From an uncultured Pseudomonadota bacterium (GTDB lineage: Bacteria > Myxococcota_A > Polyangia > Fen-1088): a DNA stretch of 64,000 nucleotides. Of the stretch, positions 1 through 10,087 are shown piece after piece. The position numbers and the translations under genes were made by a program. Location of the stretch: positions 256,001-320,000 of the forward strand of contig CAWKBC010000030.1 in the NCBI GenBank assembly GCA_963847705.1, written 5' to 3'. Under the pieces are notes generated by a model. The model did not search any database, was not told the DNA's origin, and was given only the letters and a program-made list of their open reading frames with translations. Within the stretch, counting starts at the first letter, position 1. Every line of letters begins with the position of its first letter.

Positions 1-274
1 GTTTCGGTCTGCGCCGGTGGCCGACGTCGATGGGCGGACCTTCCCGATGCGCTATTACGGCCCGCGGGATTTCGATCGGGCGCTCGGCACCGGATTCCGC
101 CGGGTCGAGACCAGGAGCCTGGGGCTCTGCTTGCCGCCGCTCAGCTTCGGTCCAGGTATGGCGCGGACGCCGAGGTTGCTCGACGCGCTGGCGGCCCTCG
201 AGGATCGTCTGGCGGGGTTGCCAGGCCTTTGCCACCTCGGCGATCACGTCATCGTCGTGTACGAGCGGGTCTGA
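1..274 (+). CDS. C-terminal fragment of a probable class I SAM-dependent methyltransferase (polysaccharide-locus type), truncated by the window edge
   Basis: Frame open from position 2. The RYYGP...GLCLPP...LEDRL...GDH C-terminus resembles methyltransferases in EPS loci. Its TGA overlaps the next ATG (TGATG, 272-276). Confidence 0.5.
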   Translation, partial: FRSAPVADVDGRTFPMRYYGPRDFDRALGTGFRRVETRSLGLCLPPLSFGPGMARTPRLLDALAALEDRLAGLPGLCHLGDHVIVVYERV

Positions 275-2073
275 TGTCAGGGGCGCCCGCCGTGGAGCGA
301 CTCCGGGCGTGCGGGCGCGCCGCGCTGATGCTTCTGGCGGCGCTGCTCCCCTTCGAGAAGCTCGAGCCGCTGGCGCGCATCGGGCCGCTGCAGCTCTCCA
401 GCGTCGAGCTGTTTCTCTATCTGGCGCTGGCGGTCTGGGGCCTCACGCTCGTCGCCGGCTGGTGGGCGGGCGACCGCGATGTGCTGGAGCGGCTGGAGCG
501 GGCGCCGCTGGCGCACTGGGCCGTCGCGCTGTTCGGCCTGGTGCTTCTGCTCTCGGCGGCGCTCGCGCCCGCCCTGCGTGGGACGGCGCTCAAGTTCGCG
601 CTCCGCAGCCTGGGGGGAATGTTGCTCTATGCGGCGGCCGCCGATCTGCTGCGCGCACCCGGGGCGACGGCGCGGGTGGCGAAGGCGCTGGTCGGCGGGG
701 CGCTGGTCGCCGCGCTGCTGGCCGTCGCAGAAGCGCGCTCGGCCCAGGTCGGGGCGCTGCTTCACGCGTTCCACCTCAAGACCTTCGAGGCGCTCGGCCG
801 CCCCCGCGCGAGCGGCCCGTTTCAATATCCCAACATCGCCGCCATGTACCTGGAGGCGGTGGCGCCGCTGGCCGCCGCGCTCGGCGCGGCGGCGTTCGCG
901 GCCCACCGATCCCGATCCCATTTGGGGCTGGTCGGCCTCATGCTGGTGCTGTCTCTGTTGCTCGACGGTGTTCTGGCCACCGCGTCGCGCGCCGGCCTGG
1001 TCGGCGGCCTGGCGGCCGTCGCCGCGCTGGCGGTTTTCTACGGCCGGCAGCGCGAGACCCGCGCGGTCGCGCCCGCGCTTCTGGCGACCATGGTTCTGAT
1101 GACGGCGCTCGCCTCGGGCTCGGCGCTGGGCGGGCGGTTTCGTTTTTGGCAGGACGAGGCCTGGTACCGCGCGGTCATCACGCCGGCGGCCGGGCAAAGC
1201 GGGCAAGTCGGGCGGCTGCCGCGGGAGCTCGCCCCCGGCGGCACGGCGACGGAGCTCCTGGAGGTCGAAAACCGCGGGGCGCTCCCCTGGCTGCGCGTAC
1301 CGCCGTGCCCGGTGGCGCTCTCGTACCACTGGCTCGATGCGGGAACGGGCGCCGTGGTGGTGCGCGACGGGCTGCGCACGGTCTTACCGAGCGATCTCAC
1401 CACCGGCGAGCGCGTCCAGGTCCGGGCCCGGCTCCGCGCGCCCTCTCAGCCGGGCCGCTACATCCTCTGGTGGGACCTGGTGCACGAGCACACCACCTGG
1501 TTCAGCGAACGGGGCAACCCCGGGCTGCGTGAGCCGATCGTCGTCAACGACCGGGGTGGCCTCGCAGCGATCGTGCCAGCGCGGCCCGCGGTCGTCTCCG
1601 GCCGGGACGTTCCGGCGAGAGCGGCGCAGTTTCCGATCGTTCAGCCGGGCACGCCCGACGAGAACTCGCGCAGAACGCTCTGGCGGGGCGCCATCGCCGC
1701 CTGGCGCGCGCATCCTCTCCTGGGGATCGGCCCCGACAACTTCCGGCACCTCTCGGGACAGTTCCTGGGGCGCGACCACACCGACGAGCGGATGCATGCC
1801 AACAGCCTCTACTTCGAGATCCTGGCCGACCTGGGGATGGCGGGCGTGCTGGCATTCTTGGCGATGGTCGCCGCGTTCGGGGGTGCTGCCCGCCGGGCGG
1901 TCGCGGCGCCGGTCAGTCGAATCCTGGCGCTCGGCGTGGCCGCCGGGCTGGCCACCTATCTCTTGCACGGCCTGCTCGACTACTTCCTGGACTTCACCCC
2001 GACCTACGCTCTGTTCTGGCTGCTGGCGGGGATGGTGGTGGCGATGGACAGGTCGCCGGAGACCGCCGCATGA
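274..2073 (+). CDS. O-antigen ligase/polymerase (WaaL/Wzy_C family) with an inserted periplasmic Ig-like domain
   Basis: Many TM segments. RASGPFQYPN, ASRAG, LLGIGPDNF and HANSLYFEILADLG motifs. Insert VENRG...WxD...PGRYxLxWDLV. Start placed at the TGATG overlap. Confidence 0.8.
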   Translation: MSGAPAVERLRACGRAALMLLAALLPFEKLEPLARIGPLQLSSVELFLYLALAVWGLTLVAGWWAGDRDVLERLERAPLAHWAVALFGLVLLLSAALAPALRGTALKFALRSLGGMLLYAAAADLLRAPGATARVAKALVGGALVAALLAVAEARSAQVGALLHAFHLKTFEALGRPRASGPFQYPNIAAMYLEAVAPLAAALGAAAFAAHRSRSHLGLVGLMLVLSLLLDGVLATASRAGLVGGLAAVAALAVFYGRQRETRAVAPALLATMVLMTALASGSALGGRFRFWQDEAWYRAVITPAAGQSGQVGRLPRELAPGGTATELLEVENRGALPWLRVPPCPVALSYHWLDAGTGAVVVRDGLRTVLPSDLTTGERVQVRARLRAPSQPGRYILWWDLVHEHTTWFSERGNPGLREPIVVNDRGGLAAIVPARPAVVSGRDVPARAAQFPIVQPGTPDENSRRTLWRGAIAAWRAHPLLGIGPDNFRHLSGQFLGRDHTDERMHANSLYFEILADLGMAGVLAFLAMVAAFGGAARRAVAAPVSRILALGVAAGLATYLLHGLLDYFLDFTPTYALFWLLAGMVVAMDRSPETAA

Positions 2074-3413
2074 CGCGCGACGAAGCGCTGGAGGCGTTGC
2101 TGCTCGTGCAGTACGTCGCGCTGATCATCGGAGCGCTCCTGCTGGCGCGGCTGGCCCACGTTGGTGCAGCGCACCTCTTGCGGTCGCTCAAGCCGCCGCT
2201 GGCGCCAGGTGAGTACGTCCATCTGCTGGTGGTCTTCCTGCCGATCTGGATGTTCGCCGCCGAGCGGCTGGGGATCCATCGCATCCACGTCGTCACCGGG
2301 CCGCGCACCGAGCTGGCGCGCCGGCTGATCCTCACCCAGGCCTGGGGGTTGGCGGCGGTCGCGTTGATCCTGGTGGCCGCGCAAACCTCGCTCAACCGCT
2401 CGCTGATCGGCATCTTCTTTCTTCTCTCCACGACGTTTCTCCTCGCCGCCAGCTCGCTCCAGCGTCGTTTCGTGGCCCGCCGCCGGGGCGATTCGCTGGT
2501 GCTGGTGATCGGCGAGGTGGCCGACGAGGCGCTCGGCGAGATCGAGCGGGCCCGCGGCCGGCGCGTGGCCCGCCGCCCGTTCTCGGGACCCGCGGAGCTG
2601 GAGGAGCGGCTGCGCCGGGATCCCGTCGACGAAGTCGTGCTGTCGGCGTCGCTGTCGGCGGACGACACGCGCGGCCTGGTCGAGCTGATGTCGGAGCACG
2701 GGATTCCGGCGCTGGTGCCGCTCACCCGCGGTGTCGACGGATTTCCGCCGCCGCAGGTGGAGCCGGTCGGCCTCGCGCAGTACCTCGTCTACCAGAGGCG
2801 CCGCCCGAGCGTGCCGTCGCTGGTCATCAAGGCGATCTGCGATCGGCTGCTCGCCGCGCTGCTGCTGGTGCTCCTCTTGCCTTTTCTGCTGCTGCTGGCC
2901 CTGGTCGTGCGGATCTTGGTGGGGAGCCCGCTGCTCTACGTCCAGCGGCGCGGCGGCCTCTACGGGCGCCCGTTTTCGATGCTGAAGTTCCGGACCATGC
3001 GCCTGGGCGCCGAGGCAGAGCGGGCGGCGCTGCTGCCGCAGAACGAGATGGACGGACCGGTCTTCAAGCTGACCAACGATCCGCGCGTCACCCCCTTCGG
3101 GCGGTTCCTGCGGCGCTTCAGCCTCGACGAGCTGCCGCAGCTCTTCAATGTGCTGGTGGGCCAGATGAGCCTGGTCGGCCCGCGCCCGCTGCCGGTCGAG
3201 GAGACCGCGGCGCTGGTCGGTGGACACCGGCGCCGCCTCTCGATGCGCCCGGGGCTGACCTGCTCCTGGCAGGTGGGGGGGCGGAGCGAGCTGCCGTTCA
3301 ACGAGTGGATGGCGCTCGATCTCGCTTACGTCGACCGCTGGAGCCTGGGGCTCGACCTGGCCATCCTGCTCCGGACGCTCCCGGCGATCGTCAGAGGGCG
3401 GGGGGCGCGCTGA
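2070..3413 (+). CDS. Polyprenyl glycosylphosphotransferase (WcaJ/WbaP-type priming sugar transferase)
   Basis: [42 protein letters not shown] and PGLT motifs; N-terminal TMs. Confidence 0.92.
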   Translation: MTRDEALEALLLVQYVALIIGALLLARLAHVGAAHLLRSLKPPLAPGEYVHLLVVFLPIWMFAAERLGIHRIHVVTGPRTELARRLILTQAWGLAAVALILVAAQTSLNRSLIGIFFLLSTTFLLAASSLQRRFVARRRGDSLVLVIGEVADEALGEIERARGRRVARRPFSGPAELEERLRRDPVDEVVLSASLSADDTRGLVELMSEHGIPALVPLTRGVDGFPPPQVEPVGLAQYLVYQRRRPSVPSLVIKAICDRLLAALLLVLLLPFLLLLALVVRILVGSPLLYVQRRGGLYGRPFSMLKFRTMRLGAEAERAALLPQNEMDGPVFKLTNDPRVTPFGRFLRRFSLDELPQLFNVLVGQMSLVGPRPLPVEETAALVGGHRRRLSMRPGLTCSWQVGGRSELPFNEWMALDLAYVDRWSLGLDLAILLRTLPAIVRGRGAR

Positions 3414-4566
3414 GCCGGGATTCCGCCAACGTCTCCAGGGAAGAGTCGACGAAGGCGCCGAAGCGCCGCTCGAAGCTGGTGCGATCGAAACGCTGGGCCG
3501 CGGCGCGCAGCCGCGCGGGCTCGAACGCCAGCCGTTCGAGCCGATCGAGGGCGGCGGCGAGCGCCTCCGGCGTCGGTTCGGCGAAGAGCACGCCGGTCTC
3601 CCCGTCGCGCACGGAGTCGAGCGAGCCGCCCGCGGCGAAGGCGACCACCGGCCGCCCGGCGGCCAGCGCCTCGACGGGAACGATGCCAAAGTCGTCGAGC
3701 GCCGGGTGGACGACCGCGCGGCAGGCGGCGTAGAGGCCGAGCAGCTCGTCGTCGTCGACGCGGCCGCGCAGCTCCACGTTCGGACCGGCCAGGCGGGTCA
3801 GCGCCGCGCGTTGGGGCCCGTCGCCCACGACGACCAGGCGCCTGCTCAGCCCGGGTCGCCCCGGTCGAGAAAAGGCGCGCACCGCCAGCTCGACCCGCTT
3901 GTAGGGGACCAGCGCCGAGACGCAGAGGTAAACGCCTTCGCCTGCCGGTGACGGCAGGGGGTCGGGGACCCGCGCGAACCGCACGGCGTCGACCGGCGGC
4001 TCGATCACCTGGGAGTCACGGCCATACACCCGGCGGATGCGCGCCTGCGTGTAGACGCTGTTGGCCGCCATCGCGTGCACCCGCGCGGTCGAGGCGACGT
4101 CCCACCGGCGCAGGCGCCGCGAGAGCGCCGCGAAGGCCGCGCGACCGAGGAGGCCGCCGGGCACCGCCGGCGCGTAGTCGTCCGCCGCCTCCCAGATGTA
4201 ACGCATCGGCGAGTGGACGTACGACAGGTGCAGGGCGCGGGGGGCGGCGATCGCCCCTTTGGCCACGGCGTGGCTGCTGGAGATGATCAGATCGAACTCG
4301 CCAAGCGGCAGCGATTCGATCGCCTTTGGAAAGAGCGGCAGCAACATCCGGAAGCCGGCGGCGCCGAGCGGGAGGTGTCGGGCGAGCAGATCGGTGAAGG
4401 CGGTGCGCACGTCGTGCGCGGCGATCGTGGCGGAGACGGCGCGCCGCTCGTAGCGCAGGGTGAACACGGGGGCGCGCGGGTAGAGGCGGCAGAGCGATTC
4501 GAGCACGCGCTCGCCCCCCCGCATGGAGACGATCCAGTCGTGCACGATTGCGATCCGCGGCGCCAT
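3391..4566 (-). CDS. Glycosyltransferase family 4
   Basis: IAIVHDW...GGERV N-terminus; YKR and [17 protein letters not shown] (E-x7-E-like) motifs. Confidence 0.9.
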   Translation of the reverse strand: MAPRIAIVHDWIVSMRGGERVLESLCRLYPRAPVFTLRYERRAVSATIAAHDVRTAFTDLLARHLPLGAAGFRMLLPLFPKAIESLPLGEFDLIISSSHAVAKGAIAAPRALHLSYVHSPMRYIWEAADDYAPAVPGGLLGRAAFAALSRRLRRWDVASTARVHAMAANSVYTQARIRRVYGRDSQVIEPPVDAVRFARVPDPLPSPAGEGVYLCVSALVPYKRVELAVRAFSRPGRPGLSRRLVVVGDGPQRAALTRLAGPNVELRGRVDDDELLGLYAACRAVVHPALDDFGIVPVEALAAGRPVVAFAAGGSLDSVRDGETGVLFAEPTPEALAAALDRLERLAFEPARLRAAAQRFDRTSFERRFGAFVDSSLETLAESRLSAPPAL

Positions 4567-4578
4567 GACGGAGGTAGG

Positions 4579-6543
4579 TTAGCGCGCGGGAGCGCCGAGG
4601 GTGGTCAGCAGCCGGCGTGCGTCGTCGTCGGTGACGGCCAGCGCGCTCAAGCGGGCGCGGGCGCCGTCGGCGGTCGCCGCGTCGCCGAGGCGTCCCGCCG
4701 CCTGCGCGCGGGTGGCGAGCGCGCCCGGATAGTCGTGCAGGATCCCCAGCGCACGTGCGGCCGCTGCCGCCGCGCCACGGGGGTCGTCAGCGGCGAGGCG
4801 CGCGCGCGCAAGCGCCTCCCAGGCGTTCGCAGAATAGAGCTCCACCGCGAGCGCCCGCTCGGCGGCGGCGCCGGCCTCGGGCGGGTGGCCGGCCTCGAGC
4901 TCGGCCGCCGAGGCGCGCAGCGCCACCTGAAAGCTCCCGGGCGTGGCGCGCTCGGCGCGCGCCAGGAACGGCAGCGCGCGCTCGGCGTCGGCGGGGGTGT
5001 TGCCGGCACGGAGGGCGGCGTCGAAACGCGCGATGAAGTACGACGCCTCGAGCTGGCGGGCCGACCACCAGGTGACGAAGATGATCAGACCGACGGCGAT
5101 CGGGGCGAGCACCAGCCGGCGCGCGCCGGCCCGTTTGATGGCGGTCGCCGTCGTCGCCACCGCGCGCTCGGGCTCGGTCGGCGCGCCGGCAGCGAGGAGT
5201 CCCACCGCGACGCCGAACAGAAAGACGGTGGCGGGCATGGCGAAGGGAAATCCGGTCAGGCCGCAGCCCACGAAGGCAGCCAGGCTGCCAGCACAGGCGG
5301 CGGCCGTGTCGCCTTCGCCGGGGAGGTCTGCGCGCCGTGCCGCGCGCACCCGGCGGACCGCGGCGGCGCCCAACGCGACGTAGAGGGCCAGCAGCGCGGC
5401 CAGACCGAACGGCCCCGTCTCGGCGAGCCGCTCCAGGAGATCGTTGTGGGCACGCCGCGGGACAGCCGTCGGTGACAGCACGCCGTCCTCGGTCGCGTTC
5501 GGCTCGGCGTAGAGGGGGAAGAGCACGGGAAAGTTCCCCGGGCCGATCCCCGTCAGCGGCTGCGAACGGTAGAGCGCCCAGGTCCGGCGCCAGAGCGCCA
5601 GGCGGGTGCGTGCGACCGGCGAGCTCGGATCGACGGCGTCGCGGACCACGCGCGTGGCGGGCTCGAACCGTTTGACGTCGAGCGCGTCGTGGGCGGTCCA
5701 GCGGCCGGGGATCGCCGCCCCGGCGAGGGCCAGCATCGCGACCGCGGCCACGGCGCCGACGGCCGCGCGTGACAGGCGAGGGCGGCGGAGCGCGAAGAAG
5801 ACGCCGATCCCGAGCGCCCCGCCCATCCAGGCCCCCCGCGCGCGGGCCACGGCCAGGTAGCCGATCTCCAGCACCAGAAACAGCGCCATCATCCGGCGAT
5901 GCCCCCGCGACGTCGCGGGGCCTCTCGTTTCGCCGAATCCGAGCAGACCAAAGCCGAACGGGATCGCCATCGCCACCGCCTCGGCGGCGACGTTGCGGTT
6001 GCCGAACGTCGAGCCGGGGACGCTGATCGACGGGATCGGCAGCGGCGAAAGACGGAGGTGCTGGGCGAGGCCGAGCAGCGCCACCAGGCCCGCGCTGGCG
6101 TGAATCGCCTCGCAGAGCCTGCGCGCGTTGCGGACCTCGGTGCGCGCCGCGTGGGCCGCGCCGACGGCCACCCCCAACATCGCCCCGATGCGGATGAGCT
6201 CGACAGGGGCGTACGGGGCGCCGGGCGCACCCCTGCCGGCCGCGCGCATCGCCGCGAGGACGGACAGAAGCCCGAACGCGGCGGCGGCGCCCAAGATCCT
6301 TCGGTCGCAGGCGCGGTCGCCTGGGACGCCCCCTCGGTCCTCGGGCGCCGCTCGCGGCGGCCACGATCCGGCGGCCCATCCCAAGAAGCCGCAGCCGCCG
6401 GCCAGCAAGAGAATGGCCAGCTTCGGGGCGACGAACGGCGAGTTGAGCGCCGGGAGGTACCCCAGCATGATCGCCACGGTTGCGACGGCCAGCGCGTTTC
6501 CGACCAAGGCGGCAGAGCGATCGCTGTCGCGGGCTGCGCTCAT
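4579..6543 (-). CDS. O-antigen ligase family protein with C-terminal TPRs
   Basis: STFGNRN, ARGAW, RLALW, GIGPGNF and AHNDLLERLAETG motifs; TPR-like helical tail. Confidence 0.82.
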   Translation of the reverse strand: MSAARDSDRSAALVGNALAVATVAIMLGYLPALNSPFVAPKLAILLLAGGCGFLGWAAGSWPPRAAPEDRGGVPGDRACDRRILGAAAAFGLLSVLAAMRAAGRGAPGAPYAPVELIRIGAMLGVAVGAAHAARTEVRNARRLCEAIHASAGLVALLGLAQHLRLSPLPIPSISVPGSTFGNRNVAAEAVAMAIPFGFGLLGFGETRGPATSRGHRRMMALFLVLEIGYLAVARARGAWMGGALGIGVFFALRRPRLSRAAVGAVAAVAMLALAGAAIPGRWTAHDALDVKRFEPATRVVRDAVDPSSPVARTRLALWRRTWALYRSQPLTGIGPGNFPVLFPLYAEPNATEDGVLSPTAVPRRAHNDLLERLAETGPFGLAALLALYVALGAAAVRRVRAARRADLPGEGDTAAACAGSLAAFVGCGLTGFPFAMPATVFLFGVAVGLLAAGAPTEPERAVATTATAIKRAGARRLVLAPIAVGLIIFVTWWSARQLEASYFIARFDAALRAGNTPADAERALPFLARAERATPGSFQVALRASAAELEAGHPPEAGAAAERALAVELYSANAWEALARARLAADDPRGAAAAAARALGILHDYPGALATRAQAAGRLGDAATADGARARLSALAVTDDDARRLLTTLGAPAR

Positions 6544-6554
6544 CCCAACCTACG

Positions 6555-8654
6555 CTACGCCGAGATGACGTCGGCCGTCGACCGGGGGCCCTGGGCGAGC
6601 CACTTCGCGCGCAGCTCGTCGAGCCGCGTCTCGAACCGCCGCAGCACCCGCCGGCGATGGTCGGAGAGGTGCAGCTTCAGAATCCCGCCCGACACCACCA
6701 CGTCGGCGCGCGGCGCCCGGGCGGCGCGCCGCCCGAGATGAAACCGCCAGGCGGTCCCCAGGAGCTGCTCGACGGCCGCCCCCCCGAAGGCGAGCGCGCG
6801 CTCCCCGAGGCGCTGGACGCCCGAGCTGTCGATGGCGTTGGTCGCGGGGCGCGGTTCGTAGGCAGGGTAGAAATCGCGCACCCAGTCGCGGTTGGCTTCG
6901 ACGAAGCGCTCGAAGGTGTCGAGCCCGGCGATGGGGACCAGCGACAGCGCCTGGTGGGCGGTGAAGAGATCGTGGTGATAGGCGATCTGCAGGTTGTTCT
7001 CGTCGACGAGGTAGTTCGGGCAGACCACGCCGCGCGTGCGGGTGAGGCGGCTGGCCAGGAAGAGCAGCGTGTAGGTGGTGAAGATCCTCCCCGCGGCGGT
7101 CACCACGAAGAGATCGATGTCGTCGCCGCCACGCGAGTTTCGGTGGGCGGTCCCGCCCGACAGCGCCAGCGAGCGAACGAACGGCAGCGCCGCCAGCGCC
7201 GCGATGACCCGCCGGTGACGCTCCAGGAGCTCGGCGGTCCGTCGGATCCCGTCGGTGCGCCGGACCACCAGCGCTTCTCGCCCGCGCAAGGTGAGATGAC
7301 CCTGGGGGTCGAGCGCCAGCAGGTCGCGGAGCGGGAGCGCGGCGGCGCGGCGCGCCACCTCGGCGGCATCGAGGCGCTCACCCAGACACGAGCGCGCCAG
7401 ATCGTCGACGGTGACGGCGGCGTCGAACAGATCGGCGTAGGCGACGGTGGCGGCGATGGCCCAGTCGCGCGCGTCGGCGCCGGCCGGCGGCGCGACCACC
7501 GCGCCCGCGCTGGCGGCGCGCCGCGGGGTCGTGCGGCGCGCCCGCGTCTCGTGGGCCAGCGCCCACAGACGCTCGGCCGCCGTCGACCAGGAGAACGTCG
7601 CCGCGCGCGCCAGTCCCCGCTCCCGCGCCGCCGCCCGGGCGATCGGGCTCTCCGCCAGCACCCTCAGCTCCGCGGCCAGCGCCGCGTCGTCGCCGGGGGG
7701 GACCAAGACGGCCGCGTCGCCGCTCACCTCTCGCAGCGCCGCGACGTCGGTCGCCACCACCGGCGTCCCGCAGGCCATCGCCTCCACCACCGGCAGCCCG
7801 AACCCCTCGAAGTGCGAGGGGTAAGCCATCGCCACCGCGCCGCCGTAGAGCGCCACCAGGTCGTCCTCCGGGACGTAGCCGAGCAGGTGCACGCGCCCCG
7901 TCCCGATGCGCAGCGCCAGCTCGGCGCGCAGCTCGCGGTCGCGCCAGCCCTTGGCTCCGACGGTCACCAGATCGAGCTCCGCGGCCGGCGAGCCGGCTGT
8001 CGCGCGCAGCCGGTCGAACGCCTTCAGCAAGAGCGGGAGGTTCTTGCGCGGCTCCAGCGTCCCGACGGTCAAGATGTAGGGGCGGGCGATCCCGTAGCGG
8101 GCGCGCACGCGCGCGATCGCCACGTCGTCGGGTGGACGGCAGGCGGGGTGGGGCGCGCCCGGCAACATCAAGATGCGCTCCTCCGGGACGCCGAGCAGCG
8201 TGACGACGTCGCGCCGCGAAGCCTCGGAGACGGTGCCGACCGCCACCGCGCCGCGCGCCACGACCGGAAGCAGGGGGCGCATGAGCGCGCGTTTGCGGGC
8301 GTTGAAGAACTGCGGCGTCCGGATCAGCGCCAGATCGTGCACGACGTTGACGTAGGGGCAGGGCGGAGCGAGCGGTGCCAGGTAGTTGGGGAAGAGCGCG
8401 AAGTCGGCGCCCGCCTCCTCGAGCATCCGGCCGGCGTCCCGTTGCATCCAGAGGTAGCGGAGCCGGACGCCGCCGGTGCGCAACCGACCGGCCCACTTGC
8501 GGGCGGCGGTCGGCGCCAGCTCGCGGTTGCCGATCAGCGTGACCTCGTCGCCGGGCGGCGCGCTGGCGATGAGCGCGTCGACCAGGTGCTCGGTGTAGTA
8601 GCCGACCCCGGTCCGTTCGGCGGTGCAGGTGGTGACCTCGACGGCGAGCTTCAT
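6555..8654 (-). CDS. GT4 glycosyltransferase fused to a pol-beta-type nucleotidyltransferase-fold domain
   Basis: GT4: GTLEPRKN, FEGFGLPVVEAMACG. C-terminal domain: ALSGG-x9-DDIDLFVV, CPNY, DLFTAHQ. Confidence 0.8.
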   Translation of the reverse strand: MKLAVEVTTCTAERTGVGYYTEHLVDALIASAPPGDEVTLIGNRELAPTAARKWAGRLRTGGVRLRYLWMQRDAGRMLEEAGADFALFPNYLAPLAPPCPYVNVVHDLALIRTPQFFNARKRALMRPLLPVVARGAVAVGTVSEASRRDVVTLLGVPEERILMLPGAPHPACRPPDDVAIARVRARYGIARPYILTVGTLEPRKNLPLLLKAFDRLRATAGSPAAELDLVTVGAKGWRDRELRAELALRIGTGRVHLLGYVPEDDLVALYGGAVAMAYPSHFEGFGLPVVEAMACGTPVVATDVAALREVSGDAAVLVPPGDDAALAAELRVLAESPIARAAARERGLARAATFSWSTAAERLWALAHETRARRTTPRRAASAGAVVAPPAGADARDWAIAATVAYADLFDAAVTVDDLARSCLGERLDAAEVARRAAALPLRDLLALDPQGHLTLRGREALVVRRTDGIRRTAELLERHRRVIAALAALPFVRSLALSGGTAHRNSRGGDDIDLFVVTAAGRIFTTYTLLFLASRLTRTRGVVCPNYLVDENNLQIAYHHDLFTAHQALSLVPIAGLDTFERFVEANRDWVRDFYPAYEPRPATNAIDSSGVQRLGERALAFGGAAVEQLLGTAWRFHLGRRAARAPRADVVVSGGILKLHLSDHRRRVLRRFETRLDELRAKWLAQGPRSTADVISA

Positions 8655-8765
8655 GCTGAAAAAGGCCTCGGTTGTCGCGTCGGATCGAGCATGTCAGAGT
8701 CCGCTGGCGGCCGCGTTGCCGACGGGGATCGGAAAAGAATGCTCTGCGCTCGGCCGTCTTTCCAT

Positions 8766-8793
8766 GCGCTTTTTTGCCGGGCGCTTTTTTGCC
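8766..8793. repeat. 13-bp direct repeat GCGCTTTTTTGCC x2 in a divergent promoter region
   Basis: Copies at 8766-8778 and 8781-8793. Confidence 0.7.
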
Positions 8794-8824
8794 TGCCCGG
8801 CCGGCGTTCGCGACGGACCGCCGC

Positions 8825-10087
8825 ATGACGGTGTCGCTCGGGCAGCTGGGCAAGCTGGGCAAGGACGGACGAACGGCGCTCGGCAACGTGGTCGTCAAGG
8901 CGCTCTCCGTCCCCGTCGAGAAGGCCTGCCGGCTGCTCCTCATGGTGGTGGCGGCACCGATCCTGGGCGCCGCGGCCTTCGGCAGCTACCAGTTCGCGTT
9001 TGCCACGACGACGATGCTGGCGCTCTGCACCGATCTGGGAATGGGCGTCTGGACCACGCGCGCGCTGGCCCGCGATCGGACGCGCGCCCCGGTCATCGTG
9101 GCCACCGCGCTCCGGCTGAGGTACCTGGCGTCGCTCCCCTACCTGGCGGTGGTGGCGCTCGTCGCTGCGCTGGCCGGGCCGGGCGACACCCGGTGGGCGC
9201 TGGCGCTGCTGGGGCTGGCGGCGCTGGTCAACGCCTTCGTCGATTACCTCCTCTCGATCTTCCGCGGGTTCGAGCGGCTCGTCGACGAGGCGCATCTGAA
9301 CGTGGCGCGCGCCCTGTTCATCGCGGCCGGCGGCCTGGCGGCGCTGGCGGTTCACCGCACCGTCGGCGCGCTCGCGGCTGGGCTGCTTGCCGGCGTGGTG
9401 GGGAGCGGCCTTTACGGCCGGCGCCTCTTGAGACGCGGCTACGGGCTCGACGCGAAAACCAGCAAGTTCGATGGCGAGCTCTGGCGCGCCGCCGCGCGGG
9501 AGGCGCTGCCGCTCTGGCTGGCGACGCTGTTCTCGCTGCTCTATTTCAAGGGCGACGTCGTCATCCTCAAGGCCTTCGCCGGCGACGCGGAGGTCGGCGC
9601 CTACAGCGCGGCCTACAAGATCTTCGAGGGCCTGATGATCGTCCCGTCGGTCGTGCTGGCGGCGACCTTTCCGCCGCTGGCGCGGGCCAAGGGCGATCCG
9701 CCGCGCCAGCGCCGCTGGGAGCTGGCGCTGGCGGCGCTGCTGCTGACGCTGGGCACCGCCCTCGCGCTGGGCCTCTATCTGGCGAGCGATCGGGTCGTCG
9801 CGCTGGTCTACGGCGCCGGGTTCGTGCGGGCCGCGCCGTCGCTGCGGGTGCTGGCGCTCGCGCTGCCGATCCTCTTCCTGAACTACGGCCTCACGCACTT
9901 TCTGATCGCGCGCGATCTGGAGCGGCGCAACCTGCTGTTCGCGGCGCTCATGCTGGTCGTCAACGTGAGCGCCAATCTCCTGTTGATTCCCCGGCTCGCC
10001 GGTCCGGGCGCCGCCTGCGCCACCCTCCTCACCGAGGTGGCGCTGACGCTCTGCTGCGCGATCGCGCTGCGGCTGCGCAGCGGCTAG
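8825..10087 (+). CDS. Wzx-type polysaccharide flippase (MOP superfamily)
   Basis: About 12 TMs; ILGAAAFGSY, DVVIL...EVGAYSAAYK and LIPRL..GAACAT motifs. Start moved to ATG 8825. Confidence 0.85.
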   Translation: MTVSLGQLGKLGKDGRTALGNVVVKALSVPVEKACRLLLMVVAAPILGAAAFGSYQFAFATTTMLALCTDLGMGVWTTRALARDRTRAPVIVATALRLRYLASLPYLAVVALVAALAGPGDTRWALALLGLAALVNAFVDYLLSIFRGFERLVDEAHLNVARALFIAAGGLAALAVHRTVGALAAGLLAGVVGSGLYGRRLLRRGYGLDAKTSKFDGELWRAAAREALPLWLATLFSLLYFKGDVVILKAFAGDAEVGAYSAAYKIFEGLMIVPSVVLAATFPPLARAKGDPPRQRRWELALAALLLTLGTALALGLYLASDRVVALVYGAGFVRAAPSLRVLALALPILFLNYGLTHFLIARDLERRNLLFAALMLVVNVSANLLLIPRLAGPGAACATLLTEVALTLCCAIALRLRSG

